A stretch of 64,000 nucleotides of DNA from Amoebidium appalachense (GCA_963693365.1 CAVNZM010000013.1:7643898-7707897); one strand, 5' to 3'. Numbered from the stretch's first letter, positions 1 to 13,356 are shown. A program made the numbers and translations. Notes: generated by a model not told the origin, from the sequence alone.

Positions 1-379
1 TGGGCCGACTCAGTCTGTCTCAGACTTCACTGATGTGATCCCCGTACTGGGACGGCTTTCTTATATAGCCCCCAGGTTTCGGATCAAGGCCCAGGATTGG
101 TTCATCCGCGGCCAGCGCGGGTGGCAACATGCCATTCGTGATTCTGGTGCGGTCCGAGCCAGTCAGACCTTTGTCCTATTTATGCAAACCTCTTATTGGT
201 TCACTTCGTTTATGTGGTATGCAGCTGAAGAACCATATATGGTTCAATTCTTAGGTCAGAGTGAGTCCTATTGGTGCGGACATAATATTTATGTGATATT
301 CATGACAAAGCACGAATCGTGTGCTAGTAGATCACATTCTTTAGTAAACATGTACAGTTCATGTGTACAGTTGTTTACA
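1..379 (-). repeat. 3' LTR (partial; ~101 bp lie upstream of the window)
   Basis: Near-identical to the split 5' LTR (one mismatch noticed, 4 vs 3082). On the minus strand it begins TGTAAACA directly after the polypurine tract. Confidence 0.93.
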
Positions 380-390
380 CTCCCCCCCTT
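380..390 (-). other. Polypurine tract (PPT)
   Basis: Minus strand AAGGGGGGGAG directly abuts the TG of the 3' LTR. Confidence 0.9.
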
Positions 391-2961
391 GTCGGGAGCC
401 TGGTGGTGTCGTTAGACAAGCAAACCACCAGGCTGAGAGGCGATAAACAACCTTCAGCGAGAATTCTTGTGTGTGCCGAGCTGCTGGACAGAACAGAGCA
501 AGGACGGTGGAATAGAGTTGTGCACGTCTATGAGCACTTCTTCATTTGCCAAAACGTAAATTCATGCAGCATTCTTCTGTGATTTCATTTTCGTGGCGAA
601 GATTGTTGCAGAGTGTGCGTGCGAATAATTCGCTAAGCCTTCGTCTCTGTGCTTGGCTTTTCTGTAGAAGTAGTATTTTCCTTTTTGGGAATTTTTCCTT
701 TTTAGGATACTCCCGCAGATTCGTTTTCAATTGCGAGTAATTTGGTTGTGTGGATGAATGATCATACCAAACATTCGATAATGAATATAACTCGAGCCTT
801 AGGTCACTTCGTAGCTCAGGTAGTGGTGGATAGCTTCAAGGCTTAGCCGCTGCTCCTTATCCCGGTTCTACCTTAAGACTGTAAGGCGAGTCACCATGGC
901 CGGAAAAGCCACTTCTTTCATGAACAAAGAGCACTTCTTTCCTTTCAGCTTTAACCCTGCACCATCGGAGCTGGGAAAAACAGAATAAAAATGCCCAAGT
1001 GTTCTTCGTTGGGCGACATAAAGAAATATATCACCCGTCAGAACCAGTAAAAGCCCGGTTCATAATTCATAAGAAGAGGGTAGGCAAAGCAAGCCTCCTT
1101 CAGAAAACACATGCTTCCATTCGTGAGCAGTTTTCGTATCCCATTTGCCAGCCATTTTCGTTGAGCAGGGGGATTCCAGGCATAATACATTCTTCTGGAG
1201 GCTTGGCCTAAAAAGAAAAGTCGTCGCAGTCGCCCTTTCTTTTGTAAGCAACTTCGTGAGCGCGCTTCGTGTTTTCATATCCTCCAGTGCAGGTCTGGAT
1301 GGTGCCCCATCCTCTGCTTCATTTGTAGGTGGCCCTACTGTAGGTTCTGTTCGTTGTGTGGAATACCAAAACCATTCGTATTCGTGGAACTGCTTTGTGC
1401 TGTGCTTTCTTTCGTGTTGGTGTTCATGAAGCTACCCCGTTCACACACCCTACTTCTTACATACATTAGATGTAAGTAGCTGCCTGGTGAGTGTGTGGTT
1501 CGTGTTCGTGGCATTCTTCTGTTCCTTCGTGAGAAGAATATTCGTTTTAGCAGAGGTGCCCAATAAGGTAGCTTGTGGGGTTGTCTCCCGCATGTGCCCA
1601 TTGGTGGGGTATGCACGTGCTAAATTGTTACAGTGTCATCATATTGCAAGGGAATAACATGGTCACCTCCGTACCAGGGCCTAGGTACACATGATGGTCC
1701 GATGTGTTAGTCAACAACACCTTGCATTCGTATTCGTATTCGTCTTCCACGTCACTTTCTTCAGTAGTGAAGGAGGGTATTCGTAATTCGAAACTGAAAG
1801 GCTTCTAGCCAAAATACTGACACTGTATGATGGGGTTGTGAGGGAGCGGTGCCCATACCACATTCTTTTGTTCTGGTGGGGGTGTGCCGGCAGCTAGTGC
1901 AAGGCTTGACAGTGTAATTGGTATGTTACACAGTATTGCCACTGACGGGCAATCACCTTAAAATTCGTACCCAACACATTCTTTGTTTTTCACATGCATG
2001 AACAAAAGTTCTGCATCGACTTTATTACATGCCTTTTGTGCACCAAGAGTGCAAATTCGTTAGGGCGTGGCACCAGGAAGGGCCGCCATACATGAGGCAT
2101 ATGCTCGTAATGTGTTTAGGCATGCCAGCATACATTCATGCGCATGTTGTGCATCCTGTGCGCTAAACTATGGGGCATGCTGTATTCGAAAACAGCAAGA
2201 AATTCGAATCATGCATGCAAAACTACTTTCACAGCACCTTATGTCCTCAATGCTATAGGAACAGCGACTATCTTCTTCTTTAAATGCATTCGTGCTGAAA
2301 GTGGCCGTGCATCATGATGATCTGGCTTGCGAGTGTGGACGTGCATGCGGTGGCATGGACACGATGACAGTGTGCAATAGCGCAATGCACGCAAGGGCAA
2401 CGGTTTTCTTTTCTTCGTAACATAGAGGGGGCTGTGTGCATTGCAACCCAAGCAGTGTTGTGCATTCGTTCTTTCATTTTCGTATTTCCATTTCATTTTG
2501 CTTTCGTTTTTCGTTTTTTGTCGTTTGATAACTTCGTTACTTTGTTTTGTTTTGTGTTGCATTCATTTCGTATTTCCTCTATGCATTCGCTTGTCGTTAA
2601 TTCTTTATTTCATTGTGTATTCGTGATGGTTCGTTTTTCGTTGGTTCATTGCTTCGTTAGCAATTCTTTATTCGTTTGTTCGTGTATTCGTTGTTTCGTT
2701 GTGTATTCGTTTTTCTTCACATTTTTGATGTGTCGTAGCAAAAGAAGTTTTACATGCTTTCAATTCTTTCCGTGTAGGTGGGCTGGCCACTTCAAACTTG
2801 TCGGTGTATATATTCTAAGCCGGACAAGGAAAGATGTGCCTATCATCGGGGTAAAAAGGATTGTGATCGGCCATGGGAGATTCTTGAGCTGATTGAAAGA
2901 TTGATGTGAGATTCTTGAACTGATTGAAAGATGTGAGATTCGAAGGATGCGAGATTCTTGA

Positions 2962-2976
2962 ACTGCGCGGTCGCCA
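2962..2976 (-). other. Primer-binding site (TGGCGACCGCGCAGT), probably tRNA-Ser type
   Basis: Starts 1 nt after the terminal CA of the 5' LTR. TGG is complementary to the tRNA CCA end. The tRNA identity is inferred from TGGCGAC. Confidence 0.85.
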
Positions 2977-2977
2977 A

Positions 2978-3249
2978 TGTAAACAGTTGGACTAGTTAGG
3001 ATAAGGCAGAGTACAACTGAATCAAAATAAAGACAGAGAACGGGTAGAAAGGCACACGCGGCCAGGTTGCTTTTACTATGGACCGACTCAGTCTGTCTCA
3101 GACTTCACTGATGTGATCCCCGTACTGGGACGGCTTTCTTATATAGCCCCCAGGTTTCGGATCAAGGCCCAGGATTGGTTCATCCGCGGCCAGCGCGGGT
3201 GGCAACATGCCATTCGTGATTCTGGTGCGGTCCGAGCCAGTCAGACCTT
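2978..3249 (-). repeat. 5' LTR, downstream part
   Basis: Starts TGTAAACA on the + strand and matches 1-171 from position 3079. The match stops exactly at the TIR CATCAGCAAAC. Confidence 0.92.
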
Positions 3250-4121
3250 CATCAGCAAACATCACCCCGAGCTTTTTTGGGTAACATTGTCATCTTTTTA
3301 TAACATTTTGGGTACCAATGTCGTACGAGGGTATACAATGTTACCAGTGTACAAACCCTAAATACAGATTGCTAACATCGTGTTACAATTGTGTGTAACA
3401 GTATGGCAGTGGTATCACCCTGTATAACACACCGTTACCAGCATGTCACACAGAATGATATCACAGTTTTACACGGTCTGGTAACTATAATATATACAGT
3501 GTTACAAATGTGGTATCTTTAACGCATACATGATTGTACAACGTTGGTACACAATGACACCATAATGGTACATATTGGTATAACTGTTTGATATACCGGG
3601 GTAACCATTATATACCATTACGGTAACACCATCTTACCACGCCGGACACCGAACGGATACATTTGTTGACATTGTGTTGCCATAAATTTAACTTTATTTT
3701 ACATAGTGGTGACGCATTCGTACCAATATGCCAAATTCCTGTATACCACGGGATAACACAGGAGTCACCAATGCTATACAAAGCCTTGAGTTATACTTCA
3801 GGTAACTAAAATCTACAATTCATGTACCAAAGGTGAACCCAGGTATACCACGAGAACGACACATGTTTACCATTTATACATTACGGATAACATTAAAACG
3901 ACATTACGATACCATTTGTATACGTTGACATGCCCGTTTGGTAACAAATGGGTGGTATTCGGTATATACATTTTACTTTTATGTTAACCATACCGTACCA
4001 TATTGTTATCAATTTGTATTCCCCCCCCCCCCCCCCCCCCCCCCCCTCCCCCCTCCCTCCAGTTCTGCAGACAGACACGAAGATGATGATCACTTTTTCT
4101 TTTTACTAAGTACTTGTGGGG

Positions 4122-4274
4122 CATCAAGCACACAAGTAAACAGCACAACTAATATACCACCCCAGGTGGCATCCTACAGCACACAAGTTAACAACACAAC
4201 TAACATACCACCCCAGGTGGCTCCTACAGCACACAAGTTAACAACACAACTAACATACCACCCCAGGTGGCATC
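4122..4274. repeat. Tandem repeat, ~51 bp x3
   Basis: ACCACCCCAGGTGGC ends at 4170, 4221 and 4271. Confidence 0.9.
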
Positions 4275-4910
4275 CATTCTCTATTATCTACTTTATCTCG
4301 CATCTCGTAACAACATTACTCTTATGCAAACAAAAAATACCAAAACGAATCATGACAAAAAAAGAAAAAAAAAGAAAAAAAAAGAAGAAAAAAACTACCA
4401 CACAAGCACAACAGGCTGGGCTGGGGCCGCATTTTAAGGCGGCGTCTCCTTCTCACTGATCTGCTGGCCGGGAGGGGTTGCAGTGGGGGTCGAAGGTTGC
4501 TGAGCACGTGGGGCCCCGTCGTCGGCAGGGGGGGGGGGGTGGAAGACCTGGGAGGGGAGTCTTTCTTCTCCTCCTTTTCTTCTGTGGCCTTCTTCTCGAG
4601 ACGGCGGAGAATCTCCTGGTGGCTCGCCAACTCCTGGAGAACAATGCATGTTAGATATGCATAAAGCAACTTGAAAGCGAAAGCAACTTGAAAGCGTATT
4701 CCCCTCCACCCAAAAAGACTAACCATCTAATCTATACAATCAACCAAACTCCTACAACATGTGTAAGTAGAGGTGATAAAAAATGCTGTGAGTCCTCTCC
4801 CATGATAACAACAAAGCTCTTCATTGTGTCTGGTCGTGAGCAACACAGAAACGAGAAACGGAAACAACAGCAGCCATAGGACTGAAGAGCCGGTACCCAC
4901 CTCTAGAGTG

Positions 4911-5768
4911 GCAAAAAAAGAGTCGACAGAACCAACCTCAAACATAGTAAGGACGGAAACCCGGACCAGAACTTATGAAGTCTAGAGAAGCAGAAAATAG
5001 CTTGAACGACTGGTGGAGGGGATGATAGCTATAGTGCTAACAGCAAAAGTAGTGCCCACAGTCGCTGGTTCATGAACGTGAAAAGGCAACGTGCATCTGC
5101 AGCCAGCAGGCACACGCACACGCACGCACGCATGCACACATACACACACAGACACAGCACAGACACAGACATAATCACAGGCACGGACACAGACCAGACA
5201 GACAAACGCCACATGCACAAAAGCAGGCAACACAAAACTAACCTTTAAACGGCCTTTCAGCCGTTAGGCGAAGAAGCTGCAGCATGCAGCATGGTCAAAA
5301 CCATTCAGCACGGTGGCTGCGCGACCTGCGGAGGGCAAAAAAAGAGTCGACAGAACCAACCTCAAACATAGTAAGGACGGAAACCCGGACCAGAACTTAT
5401 GAAGTCTAGAGAAGCAGAAAATAGCTTGAACGACTGGTGGAGGGGATGATAGCTATAGTGCTAACAGCAAAAGTAGTGCCCACAGTCGCTGGTTCATGAA
5501 CGTGAAAAGGCAACGTGCATCTGCAGCCAGCAGGCACACGCACACGCACGCGCACACACACACATACACACACACGCACACAGACACAGACACAGACACA
5601 GACATAATCACAGGCACGGACACAGACCAGACAGACAAACGCCACATGCACAAAAGCAGGCAACACAAAACTAACCTTCAAACGGCCTTTCAGCCGTTAG
5701 GCGAAGATGCTGCAGCATGCAGCATGGTCGAAACCATTCAGCACGGTGGCTGCGCGACCTGCGGAGGG
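4911..5768. repeat. Tandem duplication, ~425 bp x2, followed by GCGACCTGCG mini-repeats to ~5875
   Basis: GCAAAAAAAGAGTCGACAGAACC... starts at ~4911 and ~5336. The copies are nearly identical except for microsatellite length. Confidence 0.92.
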
Positions 5769-6499
5769 GACCTGTGACCAGGCGACCTGCGGGAAGGGAA
5801 CTGCGACCAGGCGACCTGCGAGAAGGGACCTGCGACCAGGCGACCTGCGGGAAAGGACCTGCGGACCTGCGGGAAGGGGAAGAGAAATGGAGCAAACGAC
5901 GTGCGTACAGACTTAAACGGACAAAAAATTGCAAACCGGATTGGGTTTAGCCAATCACTATTTGCTATCAGAAGATGGTGTACATAATGTGATTGGATCG
6001 ATTCTCGGCGGATCGGTGAGGTTGGCGATATGGTGGACATATATTTCGGACACCGTTGTCATATGTTCCGACGGAGCTTAAGTTATAACGTTAACGCTGT
6101 TTACTCGAGGCCTATCCCCGGTTTACGTAGAAAGGTCATGTGTGGGGGAAGATGTGAACACCCAGACGTGTATGTACACCCGGGCAGGTCTGTGTACTCG
6201 TTGTTATGTTAATTGTTGGTTGATGGAGTACATCCTCAACGCGACGTATACACGCGTGCGTGCGATTCAGGAAGGGGTCCCCATATGGCTCTCGTATTAT
6301 TTATATTCGTGTGATATATATATTCTATGTACTAGGCTATCTATTACCAATATACGTTACGTATTGATACAATATCACCAATACTAATTAAATATCGTCA
6401 CGTGTGATGGTGATGGCATCCGATCGAGTCCATGTAGCTCTGCAGCAGTGTGTGTGTGTGTGGTGCGTGTGTGTGTGGTGTGGAGAGGCGGCCTGGGGT

Positions 6500-6539
<40 letters not shown>

Positions 6540-6548
6540 GGGCCCAGT

Positions 6549-6597
<49 letters not shown>

Positions 6598-6851
6598 TAG
6601 GCAAATACCAGACAGTGATGCATAATTGCACATTCTTTTGCAGCTACAGTTTGATGATATTTACCCACCGTGTGCACCACACATGTGACCCCAGTCTTCC
6701 GAGGTGGTGTCACAGGTGGGCGCCAACACCAATAAATTGAATGGTGACGGGTGTACAACCAAAGAAACTCAGCAGCACATATAATAACGTTGATGCTATA
6801 CCCTGCCTAGTTAACGTAATAATTAGTGCACCATCGCACGCGTGACCCCCC

Positions 6852-6884
<33 letters not shown>

Positions 6885-6949
6885 GGGGGGGTGTTTTTGC
6901 CGCGCGGTACCCCTGATATTGTAGGTGTACACTGCCCCCACAACCCCAA

Positions 6950-8290
6950 CTGTGTGTTGAATATCTCGTGCTAGGAAACCAATAACGCGAAACTAACACA
7001 TGCCGCATGATATATGATATATATGGTACAAGGGGGGTTTCAATCCGGGCTACAATGATGTGTTTTTTTCGTGTGACCCTCGTACTCCAGAGGCACATTC
7101 ACCATCCCCCCCATAAACTTTGTGGTAAATTGCTCGTGCTAGAAGCTGTTCTGTGGGTAGTTATTGAAAAAACCAATAATGTCTAGGTAACACATGTACA
7201 TATACTATGCTACAAGGGGGGTTCTATACGAGCTACAACGTTGTGGTTTTTCCGTGTGACCCTCGTACTCCAGGGGCACATTCACCATCCCCCCCATAAA
7301 CGTTGTGGTAAATTTCTCGTGCTAGAAGCTGTTCTGTGGGTAGTTATTGAAAAAACCAATTATGTCTAGGTAACACATGTACATATACTATGCTACAAGG
7401 GGGGTTATATACGAGCTACAACGTTGTGGTTTTTTCGTGTGACCCTCGTACTCCAGGGGCACATTCACCATCCTCCCCATAAACGTTGTGGTAAATTTCT
7501 CGTGCTAGAAGCTGTTCTGTGGGTAGTTATTGAAAAAACCAATTATGTCTAGGTAACACATGTACATATACTATGCTACAAGGGGGGTTCTATACGAGCT
7601 ACAACGTTGTGGTTTTTTCGTGTGACCCTCGTACTCCAGGGGCACATTCACCATCCCCCCCATAAACTTTGTGGTAAATGTCTCGTGCTAGAAGCTGTTC
7701 TGTGGGTAGTTATTGAAAAAACCAATAATGTGTAAGTAACACATGTACATATATTATGCTACAAGGGGGGTTCTATTCGAGCTACAACGTTGTGTTTTTT
7801 TCGTGTGACCCTCGTACTCCAGGGGCACATTCACCATCCCCCCATAAACTTTGTGGTAAATTTCTCGTGCTAGAAGCTGTTCTGTGGGTAGTTATTGAAA
7901 AAACCAATAATGTGTAAGTAACACATGTACATATACTATGCTACAAGGGGGGTTCTATTCGAGCTACAACGTTGTGTTTTTTTCGTGTGGCCCTCGTACT
8001 CCAGGGGCACATTTACCATCCCCCCCATAAACGTTGTGGTAAATTTCTCGTGCGAGAAGCTGTTCTGTGGGTAGTTATTGAAAAAACCAAAAATGCCTAG
8101 GTAACACATGGACATATACTATGCTACAAGGGGGGTTCAATACGAGCTACAACGTTGTGTTTTTTTCGTGTGACCCTCGTACTCCAAGGGCACATTCACC
8201 ATCCCCCTTATAATTTGTGGTGAATTTATCATGCTAGAAGCTACTCTGTGGGTAGTTAGTGAAAAAACCCGATGCTTATAAGTAACGCAT
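6950..8290. repeat. 183-bp tandem satellite array, ~7 copies
   Basis: CTACAAGGGGGG occurs at 7210, 7393, 7576, 7759, 7941 and 8124 (period 182-183). Edge copies are degenerate. Confidence 0.95.
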
Positions 8291-8514
8291 GCACAAATTG
8301 TCATCATAGCATTATACTACCATAGTAGTTGGTCGACAATAACGATATATTGGGAACGTGGACACCATATTGTAAACCAAAAAATAATAACACCATAATA
8401 TACTACACATACCTAACAATGTATTGTGAATGAATAAAATACTTGCTTACGTGCTGGTAACATACGAGAAACAACTTTCTCTCGCTCTTTTTTTCATTCT
8501 TTTTTGTTTGTTTT

Positions 8515-8561
<47 letters not shown>

Positions 8562-8939
8562 GTGTGTGTGCGTGTGTGTGTGTTTAAGGGGGGGGGGGGG
8601 GGGGGGGGGGGGTCGTTTTGCAGATATATCGACTAGAGTCCCTCATCAGGGGACACATTCACAGTACTTTATTAAGATCGGCCTTCAAGGCCAAAAAAGC
8701 TCAATTTCGAGTAAGATTAGATAGGATTTTATGAGGCCGGCCAGGCCTTAAATACAAAAGGAGAAAAAACAACACACAGCTAAACATAGATCTAATATTA
8801 GCTAAATCAATCGACACACTGGTACATTGCCTGGAGTAAACAGCATCAATCCCACTGGTACATGTACTGTCATCATCCAACCAACACCCGTGTAGTACCT
8901 TTGTCAAGCGTTCCTACGATACTACATAAGAGAAGAGAG

Positions 8940-9203
8940 GGTTATATGTGTACGTGTGTACGTGTGTACTTGTGTACGTGTGTGTGTGTGTGTGTATGTG
9001 TGAGGGAGGGAGGGAGGGAGGGTTGGGAGGGAGGGAGGGGAGGGAGGGAGGGAGGGAGGGGGGAGGGAGGGAGGGAGGGAGGGAGAGAAAGAGAGAAAGA
9101 GAGGGAGTGTGCATGTCTGTATGTGTGTGTGTGTGTGTGTGTGTGTTTGCGTGTGTGTGTGAGTGCATATGTGAGTGTGCATGTGCATGTGCATGTGCAT
9201 GTG

Positions 9204-9261
<58 letters not shown>

Positions 9262-9896
9262 GGGAGGGAGGGAGGGAGGGAGGGAGGGAGGGAGGGAGGG
9301 AGGGACGGAGGGAGGGAGGAAGGGATGGTTGGGAGGGAGGGAGGGGGGAGGGAGGGAGGGAGGGAGGGAGAGAAAGAGAGAGAGACAGTGTGTGTGTGTG
9401 CATATCTGTATGTGTGTGTGTGTGTGCGTGTTTGCGTGTGTGTGTGTGTGTGCATATGTGAGTGTGCATGTGCATGTGTGTGTGTCTGTGTGTGCATATG
9501 TGCATGTGTGTGTGTGTGTGTGTATGCGTGTCTGTGTCTGATGTGTGGATGTCTGTGTATGTTGTGTGTGTGTGTATGTCTGTGTGTGTGTATGTGCTCA
9601 GTTGAAAGGGAAGGGGGGGAGAGGGGGGATGCACCGTGTGTGTGCATGTGTGTACGTGTGTGTGTGTGTGCTCTGTGGAGAGGGAAGGGGAGGGGGGAAA
9701 TGCACCGTGTGTGTGCATGTGTGTGTGTGTGTGTGTGTATGTGTGTGTGTGTGTGTATGTGTGTATGTGTGTTGTGTGTTTGTCTGTGTGTGCATGTCTG
9801 TGTGCGTCGTGTGTGGTGTGTGTGTGTATGTGCATGTGCTCGGTGGAGAGGGAAGGGCAAGGGGGGGATTCGTGTCCGTGCATGTGTGCATGTGTG

Positions 9897-9947
<51 letters not shown>

Positions 9948-10175
9948 ATGTATGTGTGTGTGTATGTGCTCAGTTGAGAGGGAGGGGGGGGGGGGGGGAT
10001 GCACCGTGTGTGTGCATGTGTGCACGTGTGTGTGTGTGTGTGCTCTGTGGAGAGGGAAGGGGAGGGGAGGAAATGCACCGTGTGTGTGCATATGTGTGTG
10101 TGTCTCTCTGTATGTGTGTGTGTGTGTGTTGTGTGTTTGTGTGTGTGAGCATGTCTGTGTACGTCGTGTGTGTGT

Positions 10176-10235
<60 letters not shown>

Positions 10236-10360
10236 GGTGTGTGTGTGTGTCCCGGTGTGCATGTGCGTGCGTGTGTGTGAGCGCATGTTTTTGCACTGTG
10301 TGCGAGCATGTGGATGCCTTGGTGAGAACAAGATTGGACGGTGTCGAATGCTGTGTGTGT

Positions 10361-10397
<37 letters not shown>

Positions 10398-10410
10398 CTG
10401 TGTGCGTGTG
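8940..10410. repeat. Compound (GT)n/(GGGA)n microsatellite with higher-order duplications
   Basis: Blocks such as GTATGTGCTCAGTTGA...GGATGCACCGTG...GCTCTGTGGAGAGGGAAGGGG recur at ~9590 and ~9962. Confidence 0.9.
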
Positions 10411-10797
10411 TGCTTTTTTGGGGGGAAAGGGGGTAGTAAGAGGACAAGAGGGGGGGGGGGGGGGGGGGGGGGTGGTAAAGAGTACGAGAGAAAGGGGTAA
10501 ATTTTCAGACATGTGGAGGCTTGAGCAAAAGCAGGTTAAGTCCATAATGGGTAAAACCGGCGCTGGAACGAGAGGGGAAGGGGGGGGGGGGGGGGGGGGG
10601 GGGTGGATGATGTGTGCATCTGAGGGTGGCAGCCAAAGAAGCAAAGCATCGCAAAGGACATTGGAATAGAGGGACACAGGACCAAAACAGGATCAATGGG
10701 AGAAGAGGGAAAAAAATTAATAGTTAACGGGGAGGGATAAGAAGAAATACTGCAAGTAATCGAGGCGAACAGGTATGGGGGAACCGGGCAGGAAGAA

Positions 10798-10829
<32 letters not shown>

Positions 10830-11144
10830 GTGAAGGACGAGAGGGTGGGTCACAAGGACAGAGATTATTCAGTAGAGACTAAGGCTTCAGCCGGGAAGGG
10901 AGGGGGGGGGGGAGGGGGGGAGAGGGAGGGGAGAGGAGGGGTGGGGGGGGTCATAAAAGGACAAGGAAAGGAGGTGATTTCAGCAACCAGTCGAGGCTTG
11001 AACAAGAGTAGGTGAAGTTTGTAACGGTTAGCAAAACTGGTGCTAGAACGAGAGAGGAAACACACAGTGAAACGTAAAAGAGGGTAGAGAGTTGAGAGGA
11101 AGAAGGGGAAGTTTGTGTGTGTGCATGTATGCATGGGTGGGTGG

Positions 11145-11245
<101 letters not shown>

Positions 11246-11439
11246 TGGTTACACTGGCAGCGTCCGTGGTGATGGGTTTGGGGGGGAAGGGGGTGAGGGG
11301 AGTGAGGGATGTTTCGAAGAAAGAAAAGTATTGCAAGGAACAAGGGGGCATAAAGACATAGGACTAAAACAAAATGGAGGGGGAGGAGGAGGGGGGATGC
11401 TGTAAACTTTGATGCGTCTCGGGGACACAAAATTTGGCA

Positions 11440-11505
11440 TGGTGGGTTGGGGACTCGAACCTCAATCCTCGCGGCTGCGAGCTGGGAGCTCTAACCGCTA
11501 GGCCA
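11440..11505 (-). pseudogene. tRNA-derived sequence (tRNA pseudogene or SINE head)
   Basis: Minus strand has A box TGGCCTAGCGG and B box GGTTCGAGTCC at tRNA spacing. The acceptor stem does not pair and the anticodon stem is imperfect, so this is not a functional tRNA. Confidence 0.65.
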
Positions 11506-13144
11506 AAAGGTACGCGCGCTGTCCAAATGGCTGATCCATCATGCGACTTTTGTTCCATCTCGAGCGATCCAAGTACATAGCGAATACAGAGTGGATCTGT
11601 ATGTAAGGGAGCACGCGAACGGCGCGGAGATGGAGAAGGGGCAAGAAAAGAGAAAAGAGGGTCACGGGAAAAGATAGAGAAGGGGGAGGGGGGGGGGGGG
11701 GGGGGGGGGGGGGATGGGGAAGATGGGGGTAGAAGAGAGAGAGGCACACTTAAAATGATGTGCGAAAAAAAAAAAAGCACTCACCGTTACAACAAGTGGC
11801 TGTAGCCCTGCACGCACCTATACACCGCCCGGCCAAACGGTTTTCTAGACAGAGCTTTACTGGCTGCCAACGAAATTCCATGCGTGCGACTTAGTGCAAC
11901 ATCTCTACCAAGCGTGAAAATGAGTACAGAGGAAGAGAGTAAAAGGGTGTGACAAAAATACCCGCGAGGCAAAACATGGAAACATAGAAACGTAATTCCG
12001 CTGGGTTCACAAGTGACAAAAGGCCTACACCTGTAAACGTGTTTCGGGCCGCCTCACCTTTTGGCCCTAAACTGTGAAGCAACAAGGGCTACGTAACATT
12101 ATGATACGCCAGTCTACCCATACGAATTCCACTGGTAAAAAAGATATCTAAATGATACAAAGGTGGTTGTCCAAAATGGCGACATATGTATCCAAATACC
12201 TATGTGATTTGCGACCAATGGGATCATGTATTTGCTATGGATTTTGCGCAAAACTGTACTGCACGGCCGCGCTTCGGAGCCATACGTACAACACTACTAG
12301 TACTACTGGTAGTATAGCAGAGAACAGGAGGAATACTAACACGTACTGACGTGTTGCCGCACATGCGACGTTATACATCTACTTGTGGCGGCTTTGCGGC
12401 TTTGCAAAAAAAAAAAAAAAAAAAGAAAAAAAGGGAAGGAAAAAGGAGACACCGCCTCAGTAGGTGGTAGGGAGGAATAGTAGTGGCTAGTATTCTCTTC
12501 CTACTTCCACCTATTCACAGGTGTACGTACAATGACGCGACGCGCACGAAACAGACACCGCTTTGCGGGGATAAACTGCACATACAGAACCCTAACACCC
12601 ATCTTGTAGGCAGGACACTTATCCCAACACCAGTGTTTGTCATCAGCGATGAAGAAGAAACGGCGGCCCCTATCAGGGGCACTACGTTCGATGCCAACAA
12701 GAGTGTTTTGAGGGAAATGATGAAGCAAGCAGTTGCAAGCTTAATGAGTAGCAGTGATTCAGAAAGGCATGGCTAACAGGTTGTTCAGCATGCATCCTTT
12801 TTTTATTTATTTCATTTTTGTACCTGGCACCTAAACACTTAGGAGATGCATGTAACGTATCCAACGTCATAGTTCAGATTCCATACTTGCCAAAGAAATG
12901 GTGATGCCAAAGTAGATGCATGTAAATGATGTTGTGAGAACAGTTCAAAAAACTTATGTGCATCTGCGTGTTCAAACGCGAGTGTAATAAAAGCGCATCG
13001 GGAAACCCAGTGCAGGTAGTCACTTCTTGTGTCAGCCCTCTGCAAGGCCATCTCCAGGCAGGCATACACCTCGATAATCCTCCCTATCATCGTGGCCTTC
13101 TTTCCGTGCATACCCACCTAGCCCTCCGCACCCCCTCCCCCCCT

Positions 13145-13185
<41 letters not shown>

Positions 13186-13356
13186 CACCCCCCCGCACAG
13201 ATACACACACGCGCGCGCACCCGAACACACACACACACACGCGCGCACGCGCACACACACACGCACACACGCGCACCCACACACAAACACACACACGCAC
13301 ACGCACACGCACTTGGAGCGTGACACACGCACACTCGCACCCCCCCCCCCCCCCCC

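Noticed and set aside
35-415. ORFs 35-415, 3113-3361 and 14618-14923 sharing peptide blocks
   Set aside because: They are translations of LTR sequence; the shared peptides reflect the LTR duplication.
1600-1960. Possible gag-pol remnant in the LTR interior (NTSDHHVYLGPGTEV-like peptide)
   Set aside because: Too short and stop-riddled to call without a profile search.
6950-8290. Possible CRISPR-like array (also considered 23958-24112 and 49393-49628)
   Set aside because: Head-to-tail repeats without unique spacers, no cas genes, eukaryotic context.
8914-10669. Long ORFs of 370-500 aa (HTHT/CVCV), and similar SLSL/RERE/poly-P/poly-G ORFs at 52117-53410, 61762-63084 and elsewhere
   Set aside because: Stop-free translations of microsatellites and homopolymers, open in several frames on both strands.
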